The translations under genes were made by a program, and so were the position numbers. From Acidobacteriota bacterium (GTDB lineage Bacteria; Acidobacteriota; UBA6911; RPQK01; JAJDTT01), in NCBI GenBank assembly GCA_965263035.1, contig OZ253580.1, forward strand, positions 3,808,001 through 3,872,000: DNA of 64,000 nt, given 5' to 3'. Shown in pieces: positions 28,111-36,188 of this stretch. Positions within the stretch are counted from its first letter, which is position 1. The number at the start of each line of letters is the position of its first letter. A model generated the notes under the pieces. That model searched no databases. It was not told where the DNA came from and worked only from the letters and a program-made list of their open reading frames with translations.

Positions 28111-30813
28111 CTACAGAGAAACCCCGAGGGGACCCCGGGTGATCTGGAAATCCACGTTTCCCTGGTCTTGAAGCACCGGAACGTATCTTCCCGAGGCCAA
28201 GTCCAGAACCAGAGCCGACAGCCTCTCCTCCCACGTTTCGGGAGGACCCGTGAGGACCAGGTCCAGGTCCTGACCCCGGTCCCCGGCCATACTCCCGGCA
28301 TCGGACACCTGCAGCGTCGGGACCATGACGTGCCCCGGCAGGGGTTCCTGGCCGACCCATGCCAGGAGGATCTCCGCTCCTGTCGCCCCAAGACCGGTCA
28401 GGAGCTCGACCCCGTGGCCGGTAGCGGCTTCCATGATCTGCAGGCCCGTCCCCTGCGCCTTCTCTCCGAAGAGAAGTGTAGGCCCCAACAGGTCCGGCTC
28501 CAAGAGGATCTCCCGCCACGACGGGCTCTCCATCAGAGCGTCCCATTCCGGGATCACGACGGTGGCGCCCGCATGGACAAGACGCTGTACGAGAGCGCTC
28601 AGAGCCCGGCAGGCGGCCTCGGTCAGCCGGCCCGAAGTCAAGACTGCCATCCTCAATGATTCCAGTCCCACGGCTTGCCGCCGGGGAGAGGATCGGCCCG
28701 AGAGTGCGTTCTGAAACCAGGTTTCCACCCTGTGGCCAACCTTCTCGATCCCTCCGTCCAACTGGATGCTGGCCTTTCCGTAGGCTTCGACGTCGCCTCC
28801 CATCCGGGCCAGCTGCCCGGTCATGTAGTCGTTATGGGTCGCCTCGCAACCGTGCTCCAGGAAGAGGCCGGCCGCGACCGTGGGATGAGTCAGATGGCCC
28901 AGGAGGGTGCGAGAGTAGAGTTGCCGCGTCTGACCTCCCGAGCAACCGCAACCTTCGGTGTGAGGGAGCGCCACGAAGCGGGAAACGGAACGGTCCTTCC
29001 CCGCCTGCCGACGGTTGAGCCGCTGGGCGAGGAGACGGGCAATCTGGCTGGAGCAGAGGCTGGTGGGCAGTATGAGTCCGACCTGATGGGTGACCCAGCC
29101 GTCGGGCGTCCGGATTCCGTCGAACTGGAGCCGACGACCGGAAACGGGGGGCTTGAGCCGGATTGGGGCGTCCACCCGCGGCCGGCGCACATTCTGGAGA
29201 CGGACCAGGTTGGAGTCGTCGGACTGTTGCCAGTTCCGCCAGAGCGAGATCTGGGAGTGGCCCGCCTTTTCGCCGACACTCCGGAGACCCGAGGCCACCT
29301 GCAAGCTCAGATCCAGCAGTTCCCGGCCCAGCTCCGGGAGGGGGGTTCCCTCCAGATAGGCGCCGGCGTTGAAGTCCATGTCCCGCGAGAGGAGGCGGAA
29401 TCGTCCACTGGTGGTGACGATCTTGATGGTGGGGACGAAGGGGAAGTTGGTGACCGACCCGTTGCCCGTGGTGAAGAAGATCAGGTTGGTTCCCGAGGCC
29501 ACCTGACCGGCGATGCTTTCCAGGTCGTTGCCGGGACTGTCCATGAAGTAGTACCCGGGTTCCGTCATCCGCTGGGCATAGTCGATGACGTAATCGAGCC
29601 GCACGCCGGGGTGGCGCTTGGTAGCGGCTCCCAGGGACTTGATCCCGATGTTGTAGAGCCCCCGGAGAATATTGCCGCCGGAGGGGTTGCCCTGGGCCGA
29701 TTCGCCGTGCCACGCTGCCCGCTCCTGAAACTGGGCCACCTTGGACAGGAAAGCCCGCGCCGTCGCCAGGTCGCGGACGTTCCGGAGCACGTAAGCTTCG
29801 GCCCCGATGAGCTCGTCGGTCTCGGCCAGATTGGCCGATCCTCCCTGGCGCAGGAGCTCCCTGGCGACCCAGCCCGAGAGAGGGTTGGCGGATATGCCGG
29901 AGAAGCCGTCCGAACCGCCGCATTGGAGGGCCAGGCGTAGGCTCGTCAATGGCTGAGGCGTCCGCCGGAAGGCGTTGACTCGAGGGAGCCAGTCTCGCAC
30001 GACTCGTTCGCCCCGGCCCAAATCGTTCTGGAAGCTGTCCTCCAGGGTCAGGAAACGGTGCGGGACGTCCTCGAGGGGATAGCCGTTTCGCAGCAGGTGC
30101 CGTCGCAGGCGGTCATTGGTCACGGCTTCGGTCCCGCGGTCCACACACAGCACGGCGCCCACGTTGGGATGGACCACGAACCCCGAGAGGGTGGAAAGAA
30201 CCAGTCCCAGGTTGTTGGGGTCCTCATCCTGTCCCCCCTCGGTGTGGGCCACGGCCACGACGCCGTCCACGTTCTCCAGAGGCTCGGCTTCACCCTTGAG
30301 CCGTTCGGCCAGGACCCGGGCGAAGCTGCCGGTGCGTGAGGAAGTTCCCAGGATCACGATGTAGTTGCGGGTCCCCACCCCTCGGGCCGGAGACCTTTCG
30401 TAGCCCAGGAAGGTCCTGCCTGGAAGGTCGGAGGGCGTCTGGAGACCCGGCTGGAACCCTTCCTCGTCCATGAGGTAGGGGTCGATCCGATCCTCGAAGT
30501 TGGGGGCCTCAGGCAGGGAGATCTCCAGGTTCCGGCCGGAGAGGGCCTCCACGGCCCTCCGATTGCAAACGTAGTTTCCGGGCTCGATGTCCCGGCAGGC
30601 GAATCCGAAGGGAAATCCCCAGGACAAAAGGGCTTCTCCCTCGGCGACGGGGGCGACCGCGAAGCGATGCCCCTCCAATACGGTGTGATCCAGAACCAGC
30701 TCGCCGCCCTGGTATTCGATTCGAGTCCCCGGGGCAAGGGTGCGGATGGCGATGGCCACGTTGTCCGCGGGAGCCGGGAGTCTTCCGATCTCTTGGAATT
30801 CGTAGTCTGGCAT
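28111..30813 (-). CDS. UxaA/GarD-family dehydratase with SAF domain and internally duplicated catalytic region
   Basis: DNVAIA (SAF); GVGTRN; QCGGSDGFSGISANP; FTTGNGS; second copy with HTEGCG and EHGCE. Confidence 0.87.
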   Translation of the reverse strand: MPDYEFQEIGRLPAPADNVAIAIRTLAPGTRIEYQGGELVLDHTVLEGHRFAVAPVAEGEALLSWGFPFGFACRDIEPGNYVCNRRAVEALSGRNLEISLPEAPNFEDRIDPYLMDEEGFQPGLQTPSDLPGRTFLGYERSPARGVGTRNYIVILGTSSRTGSFARVLAERLKGEAEPLENVDGVVAVAHTEGGQDEDPNNLGLVLSTLSGFVVHPNVGAVLCVDRGTEAVTNDRLRRHLLRNGYPLEDVPHRFLTLEDSFQNDLGRGERVVRDWLPRVNAFRRTPQPLTSLRLALQCGGSDGFSGISANPLSGWVARELLRQGGSANLAETDELIGAEAYVLRNVRDLATARAFLSKVAQFQERAAWHGESAQGNPSGGNILRGLYNIGIKSLGAATKRHPGVRLDYVIDYAQRMTEPGYYFMDSPGNDLESIAGQVASGTNLIFFTTGNGSVTNFPFVPTIKIVTTSGRFRLLSRDMDFNAGAYLEGTPLPELGRELLDLSLQVASGLRSVGEKAGHSQISLWRNWQQSDDSNLVRLQNVRRPRVDAPIRLKPPVSGRRLQFDGIRTPDGWVTHQVGLILPTSLCSSQIARLLAQRLNRRQAGKDRSVSRFVALPHTEGCGCSGGQTRQLYSRTLLGHLTHPTVAAGLFLEHGCEATHNDYMTGQLARMGGDVEAYGKASIQLDGGIEKVGHRVETWFQNALSGRSSPRRQAVGLESLRMAVLTSGRLTEAACRALSALVQRLVHAGATVVIPEWDALMESPSWREILLEPDLLGPTLLFGEKAQGTGLQIMEAATGHGVELLTGLGATGAEILLAWVGQEPLPGHVMVPTLQVSDAGSMAGDRGQDLDLVLTGPPETWEERLSALVLDLASGRYVPVLQDQGNVDFQITRGPLGVSL

Positions 30814-30877
30814 CGTCTCCAGAGAACGACGTTGTCGTGCGTCGTTCACGCCCGTTCCATGCCGCCGGATCGCTTCC

Positions 30878-31444
30878 CTACTTGATGAGGGAGGCGACCT
30901 GCTTGAATTCGGCCGTGCCCGAGACCTCCAGGAGCTCGAACAGAGCCGACTCGACACTGGTCAGGATCACCCCCGACCGGGCCATGCGGTCCAGAGCCGT
31001 CCGGTAGTCCAGCTCCTTGCGGGAGGCGACGGCGTCCACGGCCAACTGCACCTGAAAATCCCGGGAGAGCAGATCCAGAGCCGTCTGCTGCACGCAGACA
31101 TGCGCCTCCGTCCCCGAGAGCAGGATCTGCCGGATTCCCTGACTCCGGATGTTGGAAATCAGGTCCGGGGCGCCGCAACAACTGAAGGTGGCCTTCACCA
31201 CGGCGGAGTTCCCGCCCAGCGCCTCCAGAATCCTGGGTTCGGTGTGGCCCAGTCCCTTGGGGTACTGCTCGGTAGCGAAGATGGGAAGGCCCAGGATCCG
31301 GAATCCGCGGACCAACTTGACGATTTCGCCGACCATCGCCTGGCCGCTTCGGACCGCCTGGGTGAGCCTGGTCTGAACGTCCACCACCAGCAGGGCCGCG
31401 TGAGCCCGATTCAGGATCTGAGGATGGCGCTTCATGGCGTTCAC
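30878..31444 (-). CDS. Isochorismatase-family hydrolase (YcaC/ISOC-like)
   Basis: LLVVDVQ; TEQYPKGLG; KATFSC; EAHVCVQQT. Confidence 0.93.
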   Translation of the reverse strand: MNAMKRHPQILNRAHAALLVVDVQTRLTQAVRSGQAMVGEIVKLVRGFRILGLPIFATEQYPKGLGHTEPRILEALGGNSAVVKATFSCCGAPDLISNIRSQGIRQILLSGTEAHVCVQQTALDLLSRDFQVQLAVDAVASRKELDYRTALDRMARSGVILTSVESALFELLEVSGTAEFKQVASLIK

Positions 31445-31463
31445 GGACGGCGACCGGAGCAGT

Positions 31464-32156
31464 TTAGTCGTCCCGGCCTCCCAGGAGGCCGGCGCGGAGC
31501 AGGAAATAGAGCAGGGTCATCAAGGTGGAGACGGCGGCGGCCACGTAGGTCAGTGCAGCCGCGTTGAGCACGCGGTCCATGCCCCGCCGCTCCTGGGCCG
31601 TGACGATGCCCTGTTCCACGGCCAGTCGTTTGGCCCGGGCCGACGCATCGAACTCCACGGGAAGGGTCACGACCTGGAAGGCCAGGACGGTCGAGAAGAG
31701 GATCGCTCCCACCAGGACCATGTTCTGGCTGGCCATGAAAAGGCCCACGAGCATGACGATGTATCCCACCGAGGATCCGACGTTGGCCGTCGGAACCAGG
31801 ATCGACCGGAGCCAGAGCGGTCCGTAACCCTCGGCGTGCTGGATGGCATGTCCGGCTTCGTGGCAGGCTACGCCGATGGCGGCCACCGAAGAGGAGCGGT
31901 AGACGCTCTCGGACAGCGCCAGGGTCTTGTTCGTCGGGTTGTAATGGTCCGACAACATTCCCGACGTCTGTACGATCTTCACGCCGCTGATGCCGGCGTA
32001 GTTCAAGAGCTGGCGGGCCGCCTGGGCTCCGCTGAGGCCCCGCATGGACAGGACCTTGGAGTATTTGTTGAAAGCCGATTTGGTCTTGAAACTGGCCCAC
32101 AGGGATAGACCCAGGGCCGGCAGAACCATCATCAGATAAAGCGGATCGAAAAACAT
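31464..32156 (-). CDS. Membrane zinc metallopeptidase (YugP / Zn_peptidase_2)
   Basis: LSDHYNP; ACHEAGHAIQH (HExxH); TLPVEFDASARA; AAALTYVA; RBS GGAGG. Confidence 0.93.
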   Translation of the reverse strand: MFFDPLYLMMVLPALGLSLWASFKTKSAFNKYSKVLSMRGLSGAQAARQLLNYAGISGVKIVQTSGMLSDHYNPTNKTLALSESVYRSSSVAAIGVACHEAGHAIQHAEGYGPLWLRSILVPTANVGSSVGYIVMLVGLFMASQNMVLVGAILFSTVLAFQVVTLPVEFDASARAKRLAVEQGIVTAQERRGMDRVLNAAALTYVAAAVSTLMTLLYFLLRAGLLGGRDD

Positions 32157-32394
32157 GGACTCACCTCCATCGGGATGGATTACCGGCCCCGCCGGCATCC
32201 GCTCTCGATACTATCCCGTATTTCCTGCACCCAGTCCACCCGGAACGCGCCGAGTCGAAATCCCTCCCGTGAACCTCCCTCGGTTGCATTGAGCCGTTCC
32301 GGCATTAGCAATCCCGTCGGTACGATATTATAAGAGATTATAGACAGAACTAGACGGCAAGATCCCTTCAGAGTGCTGCGCTATATTTGTTTCT

Positions 32395-33555
32395 GTGAGA
32401 ACTCATGCAGCTTTCCAATGCCGGGCGAAGCTCTCCAGACCGGGATTGCACCGATTGGATTGGATCAGGGGCGTCCTGAATCGGATCTACAACTCCGCAC
32501 TACAGGAACGCAAGAACGGTTGGGAAGATGACAAGCGTGGCATCAGCATGTACGAGCAGATGAAGCGTCTGACGCAAGCGCGGAAATCGGACCCGGATGG
32601 GTTCGGGTCCATCTCCGTGGCTGCGGAACGCGGGATGCTGCGGCGTCTGGAAGGAGCATTCCAAGCCTTCTTCCGGCGGTGCAAGGCGGGAGAGAATCCA
32701 GGATATCCCCGGTTCCGTCCTCTGGCCCGGATGGAGACCATCGACATCGTTGATCCGCGGACGACCATGGTCAAGGAGCGGGCCCGTGGGTACGTGATCA
32801 AGCTCAAAGGGTTCCCGACGATCCGCTTCTTTCCGTCCCGTCCCCTGCCGCCCGGCTGCCCGTTGAAGGCCCTGCGGATCGTCCGCAAGCCCAACCGGGT
32901 CTACGTGGATCTGGTCTACGAGGTCGAGAAGGAGCCTTTGCCCCGTTGTGACTCTGCGGTGGGGATCGACCTTGGAGTCCGCAAGCGGGCCGTCTTGTCC
33001 ACCGGGGAACGGATCGAACGGAACCGCCGCGACTGGCCGGAGATCAAGCGTCAGCAGAGACGGGTAGCCTGTTGCAAGCGGGGATCGAACCGCCGAAGGA
33101 AGCGAGTCCGGCAACTGGCACGGTTCCGCTACCGCGAGAGGGTCAGGAACCGGAATGGGTGCCACCGGGCCACGACTCGGATCGTCCGTTCTCACGGACT
33201 CATCGCCGTCGAGAAACTGAACGTCAAGAGGATGACCACGAAGGGCCTCAAGAAGAAGGGCCTGAATCGGGAGATCCTCACGCAATCTTGGGGGCTTCTA
33301 CGCAATCAACTCCAGTACAAGGCAGAGTGGGCCGAGCGGGAGTTCGTAGAAGTGGACCCGAAATACACGTCGCAGGACTGCCACCGGTGTGGTGCCAGGA
33401 ACCGGCCCGGGCGAAGCAAACGGTACGCTTGCGCAGCCTGCGGACTCAGGATGGACAGGGACGAGAACGCCGCCCTGAACATTCTCAGGGCAGGGGTTCT
33501 AGCCCTGGGTGCCGAAACGTGGGGCGTCAGCCCGTGCGTGGCACCGGAACGGTAG
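32395..33555 (+). CDS. tnpB: RNA-guided endonuclease TnpB
   Basis: RIYNSAL; AFQAFFRR..GYPRFR; RuvC-I VGIDLG; RuvC-II IAVEKL; YTSQDCHRCG...CAACG zinc finger; RuvC-III DRDENAALNI. The D-E-D triad is intact. Confidence 0.95.
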   Translation: MRTHAAFQCRAKLSRPGLHRLDWIRGVLNRIYNSALQERKNGWEDDKRGISMYEQMKRLTQARKSDPDGFGSISVAAERGMLRRLEGAFQAFFRRCKAGENPGYPRFRPLARMETIDIVDPRTTMVKERARGYVIKLKGFPTIRFFPSRPLPPGCPLKALRIVRKPNRVYVDLVYEVEKEPLPRCDSAVGIDLGVRKRAVLSTGERIERNRRDWPEIKRQQRRVACCKRGSNRRRKRVRQLARFRYRERVRNRNGCHRATTRIVRSHGLIAVEKLNVKRMTTKGLKKKGLNREILTQSWGLLRNQLQYKAEWAEREFVEVDPKYTSQDCHRCGARNRPGRSKRYACAACGLRMDRDENAALNILRAGVLALGAETWGVSPCVAPER

Positions 33556-33608
33556 GCGTCAAGTAATGCCTATAAGCCCCGTATTATACGTAAGGGGTTA
33601 AGAAACGG
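33486..33608 (+). ncRNA. Predicted omega-RNA (reRNA) scaffold overlapping the tnpB 3' end
   Basis: Hairpins CAGGGC/GCCCTG (33486-33507), GGTGCC...GGCACC (33508-33545) and TAGGC/GCCTA; loop GGGGTT can pair with AGCCCC (33575-33580) as a possible pseudoknot. Confidence 0.55.
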
Positions 33609-33625
33609 TTTCGTCAGAGGAGCTT

Positions 33626-36055
33626 ATGGACGATCAACCCGAGTCCGAGATCAAGGCGGAACAATTCCGGCGGTCACCCTCGGAGGGGGCCGGCCCGAAG
33701 ACCGGAGACGGCGAGGGACTGGTCCTGGTCTCGGAGCTCCTGCCCGAGGAGATTCCCATATTTCCGTTGGCGGTTCGTCCGTTCTTTCCCGGTCTTCCGG
33801 TCCCCATGGAATTGAGCGGCGACCAGTTGCGGCTCGTGGAGCACGCCGTCGAATCCTCGAACAAAACCATGGGGCTGGTCCTGGTCCGCAATCCGGAAGC
33901 CGGTAGCTCTCCCGAGAATCTCCACCGCATGGGGGTAGCGGGGAAGATTATCCAGGCGAGTCAGGCCGAGGACCACAACGCGGCCCATCTGGTGATGAAC
34001 TGCATCGAGCGGTTCGAAATCCGGGAAGTCCGTTCGATTCCAGCCGGGATGGTGGCCCGGGTGGAGTATCATCCGGCGCCGGAGCTGTCGGTCAACCCGG
34101 AACTCAAGGCCTACTCCATGGCCATCGTCGCCACGCTCAAGGAACTGATCAAGCTGAATCCTCTCCAGTCGGAAGCGATCCGCATGTTCCTGAGCCGCTC
34201 CACTCTGGACGACCCGGGCCGGCTGGCCGACTTCTCCGCCAGTCTGACCACGGCCAGCGGCCAGGAACTGCAGCGGATCCTGGAGACCCTGGATGTCCGC
34301 CGGCGCATCGACCGGACCCTGGTCCTGCTGCGCAAGGAATTGGACCTGACCCGCCTCCAGAACAAGATCACCAAGCAGATCGAGAAGAAAATCTCCAGTC
34401 AGCAGAGGGAGTTCTTCCTGCGGGAGGAATTGAAGGCCATCAAGAAGGAACTGGGACTGGAGAAGGAAGGGAAGGTCACGGAGATCGAGAAGTTCCAGCG
34501 CCGGTTGCGCCGGCTCCGGCTGAACGAGGAGGCGGAGAAGGCCATCGAGGATGAGATCCAGAAGCTGCAGTTGCTGGAGGCCACTTCTCCCGAGTACGCG
34601 TTGACCCGCAATTATCTGGACTGGCTCACCATCCTCCCCTGGGGCCGGTTCAGCAAGGACTCGTACAACCTGAAGCGGGCCAGGCGGATCCTCAACCGCG
34701 ACCACTACGGCTTGGAGGACGTCAAGGAGCGAATCCTGGAGTTCGTGGCCGTGGGCCGGATGAAGGGGGACATCACCGGCTCCATCATCTGCCTGGTGGG
34801 TCCGCCCGGGGTGGGGAAGACCTCCATCGGAAGGAGCATCGCCGCGGCGCTGAACCGGAAATTCTTCCGCTTCCCCCTGGGCGGGATGAGGGACGAGGCG
34901 GAGATCAAGGGGCACCGCCGGACCTACATCGGAGCCCTTCCCGGAAAGTTCATCCAGGCCATGAAGACCGCGGGCACCTCCAATCCGGTCATCATGCTCG
35001 ACGAGATCGACAAGGTGGGGGTTTCCTTCCACGGCGACCCGGCGTCGGCATTGCTGGAGGTTCTGGACCCGGAGCAGAACGAGTCTTTCCGGGACCACTA
35101 CCTGGACGTGCCCTTCGATCTCTCCCATGTCCTGTTCGTGACCACCGCCAACCAGATCGACACCATTCCCGGTCCTCTCCTGGATCGAATGGAAGTGATC
35201 CGCCTCTCGGGGTACATCCTGGAGGAGAAGTTGGAGATCGCGCGCCGTTTCCTGATTCCCAAGAATCTGGAGCATCACGGCCTCAAGAAGGGGCAGCTCA
35301 GGATCCACAAGCTGGCCCTGGCACGAATCATCGACCACTATGCCCGGGAAGCCGGAGTGCGCAGCTTGGAGAACCAGCTCAAGAAGATCATGCGCCGGGC
35401 GGCGGTGACCCTCTCCGAGAATGGCGACGGCCCCATCGTGGTTCTGAAAAAGGACGTGGAAGCATACCTGGGGCATCCCGTCTACGAGGGGGACGAGATC
35501 TTCGACGCGGCGCCAGGCGTCGTGACGGGACTGGCGTGGACGAACCGGGGCGGGGCGACGCTACAGGTGGAGGCCAGCGCCGTCGCCGCCAAGTCCAAGG
35601 GGTTCAAGCAGACGGGTCAGCTGGGCGACGTGATGGTGGAGAGCTCGGAGCTGGCCTACTCCTACGTGAGGGCCCACCTGGCGCCGTTCGGGGGCGAGAC
35701 CGGGTACTTCGACCGGCACTTCATCCATCTCCACGTCCCCGCGGGCGCCACTCCCAAGGACGGTCCCTCGGCCGGAATCACCATGGCCACGGCGCTGATC
35801 TCCGTGGCTACGGGCCGGACGGTCCTCAAGGGTCTGGCCATGACGGGCGAGTTGACCCTGACGGGCCGCGTGCTGCCCATCGGCGGAGTCAAGGAAAAGG
35901 TCATCGGCGCGCGCCGGGCCGGGTGCACGACCCTCATCTTTCCCGAGGAGAACGAGAAAGGCTTCCGGGACCTTCCCGACTACCTGAAGGAGGGTCTGGA
36001 AGTGCACTTCGCCCGGGAATACGAAGACGTGTTCCGGATCGCGTTTCAGAACTGA
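33626..36055 (+). CDS. lon: ATP-dependent Lon protease
   Basis: LON N-domain; Walker A GPPGVGKTS; MLDEIDK; PKDGPSAG (catalytic Ser); GGVKEK (catalytic Lys); RBS GAGGAG. Confidence 0.97.
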   Translation: MDDQPESEIKAEQFRRSPSEGAGPKTGDGEGLVLVSELLPEEIPIFPLAVRPFFPGLPVPMELSGDQLRLVEHAVESSNKTMGLVLVRNPEAGSSPENLHRMGVAGKIIQASQAEDHNAAHLVMNCIERFEIREVRSIPAGMVARVEYHPAPELSVNPELKAYSMAIVATLKELIKLNPLQSEAIRMFLSRSTLDDPGRLADFSASLTTASGQELQRILETLDVRRRIDRTLVLLRKELDLTRLQNKITKQIEKKISSQQREFFLREELKAIKKELGLEKEGKVTEIEKFQRRLRRLRLNEEAEKAIEDEIQKLQLLEATSPEYALTRNYLDWLTILPWGRFSKDSYNLKRARRILNRDHYGLEDVKERILEFVAVGRMKGDITGSIICLVGPPGVGKTSIGRSIAAALNRKFFRFPLGGMRDEAEIKGHRRTYIGALPGKFIQAMKTAGTSNPVIMLDEIDKVGVSFHGDPASALLEVLDPEQNESFRDHYLDVPFDLSHVLFVTTANQIDTIPGPLLDRMEVIRLSGYILEEKLEIARRFLIPKNLEHHGLKKGQLRIHKLALARIIDHYAREAGVRSLENQLKKIMRRAAVTLSENGDGPIVVLKKDVEAYLGHPVYEGDEIFDAAPGVVTGLAWTNRGGATLQVEASAVAAKSKGFKQTGQLGDVMVESSELAYSYVRAHLAPFGGETGYFDRHFIHLHVPAGATPKDGPSAGITMATALISVATGRTVLKGLAMTGELTLTGRVLPIGGVKEKVIGARRAGCTTLIFPEENEKGFRDLPDYLKEGLEVHFAREYEDVFRIAFQN

Positions 36056-36078
36056 CCCGGTCGAGGAATTCGCGCTAG

Positions 36079-36188
36079 GAGGCTGTCCGAGAATGCGATT
36101 TTCGTCCAAAATCTACAGATATAAGTTATTGATTTATAAGAAGATAGGTTTTTCGGGATCGTGAATTTTCGAGTTCTCGGACAGCCTC
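36079..36188. mobile_element. MITE family B (110 bp) with internal IHF-like site
   Basis: Perfect 15-bp TIR GAGGCTGTCCGAGAA / TTCTCGGACAGCCTC; CTAG on both flanks; AT-rich core with AATCAATAACTTA on the minus strand. Confidence 0.88.

Larger units (their letters stand above)
32321..33608 (+). mobile_element. tnpB-only (non-autonomous) element with inferred IS607-like ends
   Basis: CGG at both proposed junctions (32318-32320 and 33606-33608); AT-rich left end with 10-bp-phased TA(C/A/G)-motifs; right end with repeated TAAG, ending AACGG; no tnpA present. Boundaries are inferred. Confidence 0.6.

Noticed and set aside
32305-32379. CIRCE-like half sites TTAGCAATC and GAGTGCTGC upstream of tnpB/lon
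   Set aside because: They are 57 bp apart rather than 9, and in-silico excision of the element does not rebuild a CIRCE.
32395-33555. TnpB as a dead regulator (TldR-like), a Cas12f with array, or an IStron
   Set aside because: The catalytic triad is intact, there is no repeat-spacer array, the ECF sigma is 30 kb away, and there is no room for a group I intron.
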